A stretch of 64,000 nucleotides of DNA from Pseudomonadota bacterium (GTDB lineage Bacteria > Pseudomonadota > Gammaproteobacteria > JAADHS01), in contig JAKACW010000020.1 of assembly GCA_021821045.1 (NCBI GenBank), forward strand, positions 4,487-68,486, in the 5' to 3' direction. Each line of letters opens with the position of its first letter. Position 1 is the stretch's first letter. Below the pieces are notes generated by a model that was not told the origin of the DNA, made no database searches, and saw only the letters and a list, made by a program, of their open reading frames with translations. The translations under genes and the position numbers were made by a program. This document shows positions 53,415 through 63,638 of this stretch, one piece after another.

Positions 53415-55642
53415 GAGCGACCGGCGACAGCGATCTTTCAGCCATGCCGATGGCGGACCTGTTCAAGCTGGAGCTGGAGCAGCAAGCGGCGGTCTTGACC
53501 GAGAACTTGTTGGCCATCGAGAAGGAGGGCGGGTCGACGGAGCGGTGGACGTCCATGATGCGGGCCGCCCATTCGATCAAGGGCGCGGCGCGGCTGGTCA
53601 ACATGCAAAGCATCGCGGCGATCGCTCACTCCCTGGAGGACGGTTTAACCGCCATGCAGCACCAGGGCAAAGGGGTTGCCGCCGAAGAAGTGGACCTTAT
53701 GCTGCGGGCGGTTGATCTCATGGGACGCCTGGCCAAAAGCACCGACGAGCAAGCGTGGTTAGCGGGTCACCAAGACGCCTATGACAGCGTTATGGGCGAC
53801 TTGAATGATCATAGTGTCGCGCGACACAAACAATCGCCCGAAGAGTCGGAGCCGACGTTCACCGCTCCGATGTTCGATCAAGCCGAAGCGTTCAAGGCAA
53901 AGGATGATCGCACGCTTCGCGTGGCCGCGCGTCAGTTGGACCGCTTGATGGCGCTGGCGGGCGAGGCCTTGATTCAGGCGCGCTGGGTCCGACCGTATGC
54001 CGAAGACTTGCGCAAGCTCAAGCGTGAACAGGCGGCGGCGCACAATCTGGCGCAGGAGTTGAAGGATGTTCTGCAGATGGCGAACGCGGACGAGAAAGTG
54101 TTTGCGCGGGTGACCGAGCTGGTGCAGCAGTTGATCGTGTGTCGGGATATGGTGGATGAGCGAGTCACCGCCGTGGAGCAATTCGATGTGCGGCTGGAGA
54201 GTCTGTCCAGCCGGCTGCAGTCCGAGGTAATTGCCTCGCGCATGCGGCCGTTCCGCGACATCGTTTCCGGGCTGCCCCGCTTGGTGCGGGATTTGGCGCG
54301 AACCTTGGGAAAGTCCGTCGAGTTGACTGTCGAGGGAATGGAAACCCTTGTCGACCGCGATGTGCTGGATAAGATCGAGGCGCCGTTGACCCACTTGATC
54401 AACAACGCGCTCGATCATGGGATCGAAACCGTTGCCGAGCGCCAGGCGGCGGGAAAAACCGAAGCGGGGAATATCGAGCTGCGGGCGTTCCACAAAGGCG
54501 GAATGTTGTACATCACAATCGCGGACGACGGTCGCGGTCTGGACTATGATGCCATTCGGGAGCGTATCGTCAAAAGGCGGTTGTTGAAGAAAACCGTTGC
54601 CGCTTCGTTGACCGAGGTCGAGCTGACGGAGTTTTTGTTCATGCCGGGGTTTTCGACGCGGGACAAAGTCAGCGCGCTGTCCGGTCGGGGTGTCGGTTTG
54701 GATGTTGTCCGGGACGCACTCGTTGAGTTGCGCGGCAGCGTGGAAGCTACATCCCGCGCCGGCGGCGGCACCCAGTTTGCGTTGCGTTTGCCGTTGACGC
54801 TCTCAGTGCTGCCGGCGTTGCTGCTAACGATCGCCGACGAAACTTATGCCGTTCCCCTGGCCCGCATCCAATCGATCGTTCGGCTCCCCGTGCACGAGCT
54901 GATCAGCCGGGAGGGCAAGCGGCTGGTGAGGATCGGCGATGCGGAAGTGCCGTTGGTCTCCGCGGCGCGCGTATTGGAGCTGGGCAAGCGGGACGAGCGC
55001 ACCCGTGTCGTTTCGGTGTTGGTGCTAGGCGATCGGGACGGTTCGGTTGGATTCGTGGTCGGCCGCTTTGTGGCGGAAAGCGAACTGTCTGTCCACGTAT
55101 TGCCGCGGCAGATTGGCAAGATCGCCGACGTGGCTGCGGCGGCACTGCTGGAGGATGGCACGCCGGCGCTGATCTTGGACGTGGATGACTTGTTGCGCTC
55201 CGGCCGCCGTGCGCTGGCGCGGGACGAAGCGCAGCTAAAGACCGGTGCGATCATCGAGGAGGAGCATAAGAAAAGAGTGCTCGTCGTGGATGATTCGATA
55301 ACGGTACGGGAGTTGGAGCGCAAGTTGCTCACCGCCGCGGGATTCGAGGTCGACGTGGCCGTGGATGGCATGGATGGTTGGAACGCGGCGCGAACCCAAA
55401 TCTACGATTTGGTCATCACGGACATCGACATGCCGCGGCTCAATGGTTACCAGTTGACTCAAATGATCAAGCAGGATTTTTCGTTGCGGGACATTCCGGT
55501 ATTGGTCGTATCGGCGAAGGAGCGGCGCAGCGAGCGGGCGATGGCAATGCAGTCCGGCGCGGCGGCGTTTCTCGGCAAGACGCATTTTCATGACGACAGT
55601 TTTCTCGACGTGGTGGCGAAGGTCTTGGCGGGGAAATCATGA
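53411..55642 (+). CDS. wspE: CheA-REC hybrid histidine kinase (WspE-like)
   Basis: Hpt domain (RAAHSIKGAARL), HATPase motifs (DDGRGLD, GRGVGLD), a CheW-like domain and a C-terminal REC domain (VLVVDDSITV...TDIDMPRLNG). Confidence 0.9.
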   Translation: MRATGDSDLSAMPMADLFKLELEQQAAVLTENLLAIEKEGGSTERWTSMMRAAHSIKGAARLVNMQSIAAIAHSLEDGLTAMQHQGKGVAAEEVDLMLRAVDLMGRLAKSTDEQAWLAGHQDAYDSVMGDLNDHSVARHKQSPEESEPTFTAPMFDQAEAFKAKDDRTLRVAARQLDRLMALAGEALIQARWVRPYAEDLRKLKREQAAAHNLAQELKDVLQMANADEKVFARVTELVQQLIVCRDMVDERVTAVEQFDVRLESLSSRLQSEVIASRMRPFRDIVSGLPRLVRDLARTLGKSVELTVEGMETLVDRDVLDKIEAPLTHLINNALDHGIETVAERQAAGKTEAGNIELRAFHKGGMLYITIADDGRGLDYDAIRERIVKRRLLKKTVAASLTEVELTEFLFMPGFSTRDKVSALSGRGVGLDVVRDALVELRGSVEATSRAGGGTQFALRLPLTLSVLPALLLTIADETYAVPLARIQSIVRLPVHELISREGKRLVRIGDAEVPLVSAARVLELGKRDERTRVVSVLVLGDRDGSVGFVVGRFVAESELSVHVLPRQIGKIADVAAAALLEDGTPALILDVDDLLRSGRRALARDEAQLKTGAIIEEEHKKRVLVVDDSITVRELERKLLTAAGFEVDVAVDGMDGWNAARTQIYDLVITDIDMPRLNGYQLTQMIKQDFSLRDIPVLVVSAKERRSERAMAMQSGAAAFLGKTHFHDDSFLDVVAKVLAGKS

Positions 55643-56679
55643 GAATTGCGATCGTCAACGACATGTTGCTGGCCGTCGAGTGTCTGCGCCGCGCCCTCGC
55701 CAGTAGCGGTGAGCACGAGATTGCCTGGATCGCCCGCGACGGGGAAGAAGCCGTGGCCAAAGCCATCGCCGATTCGCCGGAACTGATCTTGATGGATCTG
55801 TTCATGCCGAAAATGGGCGGCGTCGAAGCCACTCAGGAAATCATGCGCCGCAAACCGTGCCCCATTTTGATCGTGACCGGCGACATTGACCAACACGCCG
55901 GCGCGGCGTTCGAGGCGATGGGTGCGGGCGCGCTCGACGCCATCAACACGCCCGTTTGCGGCGACGCGCAAGCGAGCATGCTGGTCCGCGACCTGTTGGG
56001 CAAGATCGACACGATCAGGCGGTTGTCGCGCTATCAGTCCGTCACCCTGCCGACGCTGCGCGATGCGCCAGCCGACTATCTGCACCCTGGCCCCTTGCCG
56101 CCGCTGGTCGTCATTGGCGCTTCCTCGGGGGGGCCTCAGGCGCTGGCGGACCTGTTGGCCGCGCTGCCGCGGGAGCCGGGGGCGGCGTTCGTGGTCGTTC
56201 AGCATGTGGATGCGCAATTCGCGCCGGCGCTGGCCGAATGGCTTGGCCAACGTACAGAATTGCGCGTCGCGACCGCTAAAGAAGGTGATCAGCCGGCGCT
56301 CGGTACCGTTCTTGTTGCGGCGACAAACGATCACATTATTTGCGATGAAAAACATTCGCTTAGGTATACACCATGGCCGCTCAACAACGTTTATCGACCG
56401 TCGGTGGACGTGTTTTTCAGCTCAGTGGCGTGCAATTGGCAACACCCTGTCCTGGGTATCCTTCTTACGGGCATGGGGTATGATGGTGCGGAAGGTTTGC
56501 TCGCACTCAAAAATGCAGGTCATATGACCTTGGCTCAGGATCAGGCCAGTTGCGCGGTGTTCGGAATGCCCAAAGCGGCCATGCAATTGGGCGCCGCGTC
56601 GAAGATGGTGCCGCTTTCCGAATTGGGGGCGGAGATCAGTGCATGGGCGCAAATGCAATGCGAGCCCGTTGAGGAGTAA
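55639..56679 (+). CDS. wspF: CheB-type protein-glutamate methylesterase (WspF-like)
   Basis: REC domain plus a methylesterase domain (VVIGASSGGPQAL, VVQHV, LTGMGYDGAEGL). It overlaps the wspE stop as ATGA. Confidence 0.9.
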   Translation: MRIAIVNDMLLAVECLRRALASSGEHEIAWIARDGEEAVAKAIADSPELILMDLFMPKMGGVEATQEIMRRKPCPILIVTGDIDQHAGAAFEAMGAGALDAINTPVCGDAQASMLVRDLLGKIDTIRRLSRYQSVTLPTLRDAPADYLHPGPLPPLVVIGASSGGPQALADLLAALPREPGAAFVVVQHVDAQFAPALAEWLGQRTELRVATAKEGDQPALGTVLVAATNDHIICDEKHSLRYTPWPLNNVYRPSVDVFFSSVACNWQHPVLGILLTGMGYDGAEGLLALKNAGHMTLAQDQASCAVFGMPKAAMQLGAASKMVPLSELGAEISAWAQMQCEPVEE

Positions 56680-56688
56680 GGAGTCCGT

Positions 56689-57738
56689 ATGCCATTGACG
56701 GATTTTTACGAGACGAAAGCCCTCACCGACGATCAGTTCGAGATGCGGTCGCGGGTGCTCTTGGTCGACGATCAGCTCATCGTGGCCGAAGCATTCCGCC
56801 GGATGGTTGCTGACATTGACGACATGGAAGTGTTCTATTGTTCCGATCCGGCCCGCGCCGTGGAGGAAGCAGCCCGCATCAAGCCGACGACTATTCTGCA
56901 AGATTTGGTGATGCCGGGAATGAGCGGACTGATGTTATTGAGCCTGTTGCGCTCCCATCCGCAAACCCGCAACGTCCCCATCGTGGTGTTGTCCACGAAG
57001 GAAGAACCCAAAGTCAAAAGCGAAGCGTTTGCCATCGGCGCCAACGACTACCTGGTCAAGTTTCCCGACAAGATCGAGCTGGTTGCGCGTATACGGGCCC
57101 ATACCCGCGGCTATCTGGTGCAGCAACAGCGTGACGACGCGTATCGCGCGTTGCGCCGTATGAAGCTCGAGTTGGAGCGCAAGAATTCCGAGTTGGAGGC
57201 GCTCTCGTGTCGCGACGGGCTTACCGGCGTGCTGAACCGCCGCGGCTTCGATGACTTTCTCAACAAGGAATGGTTGCGCGCCATTCGCGAGCGCAAACAG
57301 CTTGGGCTGTTGTTGATCGATATCGATCATTTCAAGGAATACAATGACAACTATGGGCACCAAGGCGGCGATGAGTGCCTGCGGCGGGTCGCCTTCGCCC
57401 TAGGAGCGAGCCTCAAGCGTCCAAGCGACATCGTGGCGCGCTACGGCGGCGAGGAATTCGCGGTTATTCTTCCCGATACCGGCATCGACGGCGGGGCGAT
57501 GATCGCCGATTCCTTGTGCGGCGCCATCGAAACCATCCACGTTCCCCATGCCTACTCCAAGACGGCCGATCACGTCACCGTGAGCATCGGCGTGGCCGGC
57601 ATGCTGCCTGTGACAGGCGATACGCCCGAGGATCTCGTCGATCTGGCGGACAAGGCGCTTTACGAGGCCAAGTCGTTCGGGCGCAATCAATATCGATGCA
57701 GCGAGTCCAGTGGCAACACCGTTGTGACGAGCGATTGA
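56689..57738 (+). CDS. wspR: REC-GGDEF diguanylate cyclase (WspR-like)
   Basis: REC domain (VLLVDDQ...LQDLVMPGMSG), a coiled-coil linker and a GGDEF domain with an RPSD I-site just upstream of GGEEF. Confidence 0.9.
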   Translation: MPLTDFYETKALTDDQFEMRSRVLLVDDQLIVAEAFRRMVADIDDMEVFYCSDPARAVEEAARIKPTTILQDLVMPGMSGLMLLSLLRSHPQTRNVPIVVLSTKEEPKVKSEAFAIGANDYLVKFPDKIELVARIRAHTRGYLVQQQRDDAYRALRRMKLELERKNSELEALSCRDGLTGVLNRRGFDDFLNKEWLRAIRERKQLGLLLIDIDHFKEYNDNYGHQGGDECLRRVAFALGASLKRPSDIVARYGGEEFAVILPDTGIDGGAMIADSLCGAIETIHVPHAYSKTADHVTVSIGVAGMLPVTGDTPEDLVDLADKALYEAKSFGRNQYRCSESSGNTVVTSD

Positions 57739-57764
57739 GATCGCCGTTACGGTCGCGAATTGCC

Positions 57765-57935
57765 GTGGGAGCGGATCATTCCGCGATCTACTCGGCAAAC
57801 CATCGCGGTAGGAAACCGCTCCCACGAAGATGCAGCCAAGACGAGTGCGAATTTCTGTGGGAGCGGTTTCTTACCGCGATGCTTCGCTCGAGCCATTTTT
57901 ATTGTCGAGTCAATCGCGGAATGATCGCTCCCACA
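57765..57935. repeat. REP-like cluster (four units: A, B-inverted, B, A-inverted)
   Basis: Units at 57765-57787, 57802-57825, 57857-57880 and 57912-57935. Confidence 0.9.
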
Positions 57936-57964
57936 GCAGAAAGCCCGGGACGGCTGCCAAATCA

Positions 57965-59248
57965 TCACCGCTTTGTCCGCTTGTCCCAGTCTTTCAGCCG
58001 CGGTTGAATCCGGGCCATTTTGACCGCGTTTTCCGCCGTCTGCATGATTTCGATCGGATAGCCGGCGATCAACAGCGAGGTTCCCGGCTCGGGGATGGCT
58101 TCCAAGTGCTCGAGAATTAAACCGTTCAGCGTTTTCGGGCCCTTGATGGGAAGCTTCCAGTGCATGGCGCGGTTCAAGTCCCGCAAAGCGGCCGATCCGG
58201 ATACTAGGAAAGTGCCGTCCTTTTGCGGATGCACATCTGCGATAGCGGAGGCGGCGTCAGTCGTAAACTCGCCGACTATTTCCTCCAGAATGTCTTCCAG
58301 CGTGACCAGACCGTTGACTTCGCCGTACTCATCCACCACTAGGCCGATCCGACGCTTTTCTTTTTGGAAACTCAACAACTGGCTGTGCAGCGGGGTGCCC
58401 TCGGGAACGTAGTAGGGCTCCCGTGTCGCCTTTTCCAGGCTCTCGCGGTTCAGTTCGCCGGTTGAAATCAAATGAGCGATGTTGCGTAGATGCAGAATGC
58501 CCACGATGTTGTTGACGTCGTCGCGATAAACAGGCAATCGAGTATGCTGAGTGTTGGCAATGGTTGTGCGGATCGTTTCCCAGTCCTCCCCCAGGTCAAG
58601 GCCGACGATATCCTGTCGGGGAACCATGATGTCCTCCACCGTCGCTCTTTCGAGATCGAGAATGCCCAACAGCATCTGTTGATGGCTACTGGATATGAGG
58701 GCGCCTGCTTCGTTCAGCACTGTGCGCAGCTCGTCCCGCGAAAGTTGCTGCATGGCGGTGCCTTCGCTGCGCACGCCGAGTGCGCGGATCAGACCATTGG
58801 CCATACCGCTGATTGCCCACACGAGAGGATAAAAAATTTTCAGAAGCGGCGTGTATATAAATGCTGAAGGATATGCGATGCGTTCCGGGTGCAACGCAGC
58901 GAGGGTTTTGGGCGTAACTTCACCGAAAATCAAAATGATTAGGGTAAGAATCCCCGTCGCGATGGCAATCCCTGCTTCGCCGTACAAACGTAGCCCAATT
59001 ACTGTCGCAACGGCCGATGCAAGAATGTTGACGAAGTTGTTGCCCAGCAGAATCAATCCGATCAATCGATCCGGTCGGTCCAGCAACGCACTTGCGCGCA
59101 CCGCGCCGGGATGTTTCGCCTTGGTCAGATGTTTGAGGCGATAGCGGTTCAAACTCATCATCGCGGTTTCCGACGACGAGAAAAACGCCGAGAACGCGAT
59201 TAAGATGAACAGGGTAGTAAATAAAACGCTTAAGGGAATTTCATCCAT
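57965..59248 (-). CDS. yfjD: HlyC/CorC-family transporter (DUF21-CBS pair-CorC_HlyC)
   Basis: N-terminal four-TM DUF21 domain, a CBS pair and a C-terminal CorC_HlyC domain. The size (427 aa) and position next to ypjD/ffh match E. coli yfjD. Confidence 0.85.
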   Translation of the reverse strand: MDEIPLSVLFTTLFILIAFSAFFSSSETAMMSLNRYRLKHLTKAKHPGAVRASALLDRPDRLIGLILLGNNFVNILASAVATVIGLRLYGEAGIAIATGILTLIILIFGEVTPKTLAALHPERIAYPSAFIYTPLLKIFYPLVWAISGMANGLIRALGVRSEGTAMQQLSRDELRTVLNEAGALISSSHQQMLLGILDLERATVEDIMVPRQDIVGLDLGEDWETIRTTIANTQHTRLPVYRDDVNNIVGILHLRNIAHLISTGELNRESLEKATREPYYVPEGTPLHSQLLSFQKEKRRIGLVVDEYGEVNGLVTLEDILEEIVGEFTTDAASAIADVHPQKDGTFLVSGSAALRDLNRAMHWKLPIKGPKTLNGLILEHLEAIPEPGTSLLIAGYPIEIMQTAENAVKMARIQPRLKDWDKRTKR

Positions 59249-59313
59249 GGCGGCGTTATTGCGGCCTCGAACGACGGGAAATTGTTAGGCGTGCAAAGCG
59301 GGCGCGGGGCATA

Positions 59314-60126
59314 CTAAGGACTCGACAACACCAGTTCGAGCACCATTTTGCTGCCCAAATAGGCCAGCAACAAGGCGGCGAAACCACCCAAGGTCCAGCG
59401 GATGGCGGTGCGGCCGCGCCAACCGAAGCGCAGCCGGCCGATGAGCAGCGTGGCGAACACCAGCCACGCCGTTACGGCGAAGACCGTCTTGTGCACCATG
59501 TGCTGGGCGAACATGTCTTCCAAAAAGGCGAACCCGGTGATCAGGGACAAGGTTTCCAACATGAAACCCAGGCCGATGATCTGAAACAGCAAACGCTCCA
59601 TGACTTCCAGCGGCGGCAGCCCGCGGATAAAACCGCCGGGACGTTTGTTGCGCAGCTGACGATTTTGAATGGCCAGCAGAACAGCTTGAATCGCTGCGAT
59701 GTTGAGAAGACTAAATGCCAGCACGGAAATGAGAATATGCAGTTCCAGCCCTAGCCGCTCTTCCTGCACGATGACCCTTTCGGAGGGAAAAAACATCGAC
59801 AGCAAAATCGCCACGCCGGCAAGGGGTAGCAGAGCGATGCCCAAGTTTTCCACTGGCCTATACATGGCCGCAACCAGCAATAGCGCCGCGATGAACCAGG
59901 CAAGCAACGACAGCGCGTTAAAAAAGCTGAAATTCAGGCCGCCGGAGGTGAACGACGTCATGTATATCAACAGTCCATGCAGGGTGATCGCGCCCATGCC
60001 CACAGCGATGGGTAGGCGCTTGCCCTCCGCGGCGGCCGCGCCAAGGGACAATCGCTTGCCAAGTCGGAACGCAACCCAAAAATAAAGAACGGCGGCCAGG
60101 CCGCCGAAGATCCAGAATGTGCTCAT
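59314..60126 (-). CDS. ypjD: cytochrome c assembly (CcsA-like) family inner-membrane protein
   Basis: Eight-TM, 270-aa protein located between yfjD and ffh, as in enterobacterial synteny. Confidence 0.8.
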   Translation of the reverse strand: MSTFWIFGGLAAVLYFWVAFRLGKRLSLGAAAAEGKRLPIAVGMGAITLHGLLIYMTSFTSGGLNFSFFNALSLLAWFIAALLLVAAMYRPVENLGIALLPLAGVAILLSMFFPSERVIVQEERLGLELHILISVLAFSLLNIAAIQAVLLAIQNRQLRNKRPGGFIRGLPPLEVMERLLFQIIGLGFMLETLSLITGFAFLEDMFAQHMVHKTVFAVTAWLVFATLLIGRLRFGWRGRTAIRWTLGGFAALLLAYLGSKMVLELVLSSP

Positions 60127-60282
60127 GTTTTACTGTTTTTGAACGATGTATGAATGATGGCACATCTGCCCGGCAGGTTGAAGGGGGCCGGTCCGATTGG
60201 GGAAAAAAGTTAGAAAAATTTAAGACTTGTGGCGTTTGGACGATGTTGTTAGCATCGCCCGTAATTTTGCGAAGACGACGGA

Positions 60283-61059
60283 ATGGAAATTCGTGTACTA
60301 GGATGTAGTGGGGGGATCGGTCTTGATCGACGTACCACATCACTGCTCATCGATGATGACATCCTGATAGACTCCGGTAGCGGAGTGGGTGACCTGTCGC
60401 TGGACGAAATGGCAGCGATTCGACACATTTTCCTAACGCACTCGCATCTTGATCACATCACGCTTCTGCCGTTGCTGGTGGACAGCATCTTCGAGCGCAT
60501 TGAGTCGCCGATCGTCATTCACGCCCAGCCGCCGACATTGAAAGCTTTGCAGGATCATATATTCAACTGGCATATCTGGCCGGACTTCGCCAAACTGCCA
60601 ACGCTCGAGAAACCGGTCATGGCCTACGAAACGCTGACGCCCGGTGACATCGTCAAATTGGGCACTCGCAGTTTCGAGGTGATTCCCGTGAATCACATCG
60701 TTCCGGCGGTGGGCTATCGAGTCGAGAATCTGGCGAACGGTAAGTCGTTCGCGTACTCGGGCGACACGTCGACCAACGACACACTCTGGAACGCACTGAA
60801 CCGCCACGGCAGGCTCGATTTGCTATTCGTCGAGGCCGCCTTCAGCAATTCCGAAGAAGCGCTGAGCATCAAGGCCAAGCACTATTGCTCAAAAACGTTG
60901 GCGGCGGATCTGGTCAAGCTCAAACTCAACCCCCGGCCGCAAATCTTCGTCACCCACAACAAGCCCGGCGACGAAACGGACATCATGGCGGAGTGCACCC
61001 AGCTGCTGCCAAATTGGGGTTTGAAGTCTTTGAAGGGCGGCGACCGCTTCACGCTCTAG
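60283..61059 (+). CDS. MBL-fold hydrolase, class II 3',5'-cyclic-nucleotide phosphodiesterase-like
   Basis: MEIRVLGCSGG...LLIDSGSG...FLTHSHLDHI carries the HxHLDH signature. Confidence 0.75.
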   Translation: MEIRVLGCSGGIGLDRRTTSLLIDDDILIDSGSGVGDLSLDEMAAIRHIFLTHSHLDHITLLPLLVDSIFERIESPIVIHAQPPTLKALQDHIFNWHIWPDFAKLPTLEKPVMAYETLTPGDIVKLGTRSFEVIPVNHIVPAVGYRVENLANGKSFAYSGDTSTNDTLWNALNRHGRLDLLFVEAAFSNSEEALSIKAKHYCSKTLAADLVKLKLNPRPQIFVTHNKPGDETDIMAECTQLLPNWGLKSLKGGDRFTL

Positions 61060-61149
61060 TTTCCGCTCTCGCTCCATTTGCGCGGCGCTCCGCCGCACCC
61101 GTCGTTAAGCTATAATGCCCGCCAAACGCATTTCTTAGAGTATCCCGTC

Positions 61150-62508
61150 ATGTTTGAAAGCCTTAGCCAGCGACTCGACCAAACCATACGCAAACTGCGC
61201 GGCGTTGCCCGTCTCACCGAGGACAACATCAAAGACGCATTGCGCGATGTGCGCATGGCGTTGCTCGAAGCCGACGTCGCCTTGCCGGTGGTGAAGGAGT
61301 TCACCGACCGGGTCAAGGAGCGGGCGGTGGGTGTCGAGGTCAGCAAGAGCCTGACGCCGGGGCAATCGTTCATCAAAGTCGTGCGGGATGAACTCGTGCA
61401 TGTCATGGGCGACGCCAATGAAACGCTGGCCTTGAATGTCACGCCGCCCGCGGTGATCTTGATGGCGGGGCTGCAGGGTTCGGGTAAAACCACTACGGTG
61501 GCGAAACTGGCGCGGCTGCTGCGCGAGCGGCACAAGAAATCCGTTCTGGTCGCCAGTTGCGACATCTATCGTCCCGCGGCCATCGATCAGTTGAAGACGC
61601 TGGCGGGCGAGGTCCAGGCCGACTTCTTCCCCAGCGATCCGTCGCAAGATCCCGTAACCATTGCGCGCAACGCCGTCGAACAGGGCCGGCGCAAGCTGAT
61701 CGATGTGGTGATTGTCGATACCGCCGGCCGTCTGCACATCGACGACGAAATGATGGATGAGATCAAGCGCGTCCATGAGGCTATTAACCCGACCGAGACC
61801 TTATTCGTCGTCGACAGCATGACGGGCCAAGACGCGGCGAAAACCGCCAAAGCATTCAACGAGGCAGTGGCGCTGACCGGCGTGGTGCTGACCAAGGCCG
61901 ATGGCGACGCCCGCGGCGGCGCCGCGTTGTCGGTGCGCCATATCACCGGGAAGCCGATCAAGTTCCTGGGTGTGGGCGAGAAGACAGCGGCGCTGGAGCC
62001 GTTCTACCCCGATCGCCTTGCCTCGCGAATCCTCGGCATGGGCGACGTGCTCAGCCTGGTGGAAGAGGCCGAGCGCCATGTGGACCGGGACGCGGCGGAA
62101 AAGCTGGCGACCAAGTTCAAAAAGGGCAAATCCTTCGATTTGGAAGATTTCCGCACCCAGTTGCAGCAAATGCAGAAAATGGGCGGCCTGACGGGCTTGA
62201 TGGACAAACTACCCGGGGTGGGCCAGCTGCCGGCGGATGTGAAAAGCAAGGTCAACGACAAGGATTTGTTGCGCCTGGAGGCAATCATCAGCTCCATGAC
62301 ACCTCACGAGCGCCGGTCGCCCCAGGTGATTAATGGGTCGCGCAAACGGCGGATTGCCAATGGTTCGGGCACCCAGATCCAGGATATCAACCGCCTGCTC
62401 AAGCAATTTGAGCAAATGCAGAAAATGATGAAAAAGATGTCCAAAGGCGGTTTGGGCAAGATGATGAAGGCGCTGAAGGGCAAGTTGCCGCCGGGAATGC
62501 AGTTCTGA
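61150..62508 (+). CDS. ffh: signal recognition particle protein Ffh
   Basis: MFESLSQRL..., GLQGSGKTTT, DTAGRL, TKADGDARGGAA and a Met-rich M domain. The ATG is at 61150. Confidence 0.97.
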   Translation: MFESLSQRLDQTIRKLRGVARLTEDNIKDALRDVRMALLEADVALPVVKEFTDRVKERAVGVEVSKSLTPGQSFIKVVRDELVHVMGDANETLALNVTPPAVILMAGLQGSGKTTTVAKLARLLRERHKKSVLVASCDIYRPAAIDQLKTLAGEVQADFFPSDPSQDPVTIARNAVEQGRRKLIDVVIVDTAGRLHIDDEMMDEIKRVHEAINPTETLFVVDSMTGQDAAKTAKAFNEAVALTGVVLTKADGDARGGAALSVRHITGKPIKFLGVGEKTAALEPFYPDRLASRILGMGDVLSLVEEAERHVDRDAAEKLATKFKKGKSFDLEDFRTQLQQMQKMGGLTGLMDKLPGVGQLPADVKSKVNDKDLLRLEAIISSMTPHERRSPQVINGSRKRRIANGSGTQIQDINRLLKQFEQMQKMMKKMSKGGLGKMMKALKGKLPPGMQF

Positions 62509-62533
62509 GGCGGGGCGAGTGTCCGGCAGGGCC

Positions 62534-62589
62534 TATCGCGGAATGATCCGCTCCCACACCCTCGGTGGGAGCGGTTTCCTACCGCGATT
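62534..62589. repeat. inverted pair of REP-like units (A-inverted + B)
   Basis: TATCGCGGAATGATCCGCTCCCACA followed by GTGGGAGCGGTTTCCTACCGCGATT. The pair lies just after the ffh stop and may act as a terminator-like hairpin. Confidence 0.9.
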
Positions 62590-62766
62590 CGAATTGGGCT
62601 GATTCCCGTCAAAACCCCTAAGTTTTCCGCTTAAAGGCCTCGCCGCAGAATAGTTTTGCCTAACGGCGCGATTTTGCGTAAAATGCGCCCATTTTTCCGG
62701 GGCATACTGAAACGGCATCCCGGCACGTTAACAACGACGATTCGCAGGCATAGAGGTTCACACGAA

Positions 62767-63021
62767 ATGGTAACGATACGGTTGTCCCGCAGCGGCGCTA
62801 AACGGCGTCCGTTTTACAATATTGTGGTCACCGACTCCCGCAGCTCGCGCGATGGTCGATTCATCGAGCGCGTTGGGTTTTACAACCCCGTTGCTCCGGC
62901 ATCCGCCGAAGGTCTGCGCATCGATTTCGATCGCATCGACTACTGGGTCAAGCAAGGCGCTCAAACTTCCGATCGTGTCGCGTTCTTGCTCAAGACGGCT
63001 AAAGAAAAAACCGCAGCCTGA
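62767..63021 (+). CDS. rpsP: 30S ribosomal protein S16
   Basis: [41 protein letters not shown]. The track ORF begins 37 codons too early. Confidence 0.97.
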   Translation: MVTIRLSRSGAKRRPFYNIVVTDSRSSRDGRFIERVGFYNPVAPASAEGLRIDFDRIDYWVKQGAQTSDRVAFLLKTAKEKTAA

Positions 63022-63038
63022 ACACGCGAAGCGTAGCG

Positions 63039-63575
63039 ATGGTGCGGCGGGCACCGATTAACCCGGCTTTGCCCGTCGAACACCCGGTTGTCATCGGCCA
63101 GATTGTCGGCGTGTACGGGGTTAAGGGTTGGGTGAAAGTGCGTTCATTCACTGACCCGGCCGAAAACGTGCTGAGCTACCATCCGTGGTACGTGCGTCAC
63201 GCTGATCGCTCGATGCGCTGTGATGTCATTGATGCGCGAGTGGGAGACAAAGTAATTGTTGCGCAACTGTCCGGATTCAACGTCCGCGAAGAAGCGCTTG
63301 AATGGGTGGGTGCGGAAATCGTCGTCGATAGGTCGATGCTGCCCGCGCCCGGGCCCGGCGAATACTACTGGGCCGATTTGATCGGCCTGCGCGTGGCGAC
63401 AGCCGATGGCGTGGAACTTGGCGTCATCGAGCGAATGCTCGAAACGGGCGCCAACGATGTGCTGGTGATTCGCGGCGACAGAGAACGGCTGGTGCCGTTC
63501 ATCTACGGACAAGTCGTGAAAGACGTGGATTTGGCGGCCGGTCGGATGACGGTCGACTGGGATCCGGAATTTTAG
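63039..63575 (+). CDS. rimM: ribosome maturation factor RimM
   Basis: IGQIVGVYGVKGWVKV...EYYWADLIGL...VLVI..ERLVPF, located between rpsP and trmD. Confidence 0.93.
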   Translation: MVRRAPINPALPVEHPVVIGQIVGVYGVKGWVKVRSFTDPAENVLSYHPWYVRHADRSMRCDVIDARVGDKVIVAQLSGFNVREEALEWVGAEIVVDRSMLPAPGPGEYYWADLIGLRVATADGVELGVIERMLETGANDVLVIRGDRERLVPFIYGQVVKDVDLAAGRMTVDWDPEF

Positions 63576-63638
63576 TGTGTAGGAGCGAGCCGGCGTCAGT
63601 TGTGCGGCCTGGCCTATCGTTCCGAGCGGCGGAATCGT

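Noticed and set aside
63578-63600. GTGTAGGAGCGAGCCGGCGTC between rimM and trmD, considered as another REP unit.
   Set aside because: Only the left flank matches. The palindromic core and the CGCGAT right flank are missing, so it is at best a remnant.
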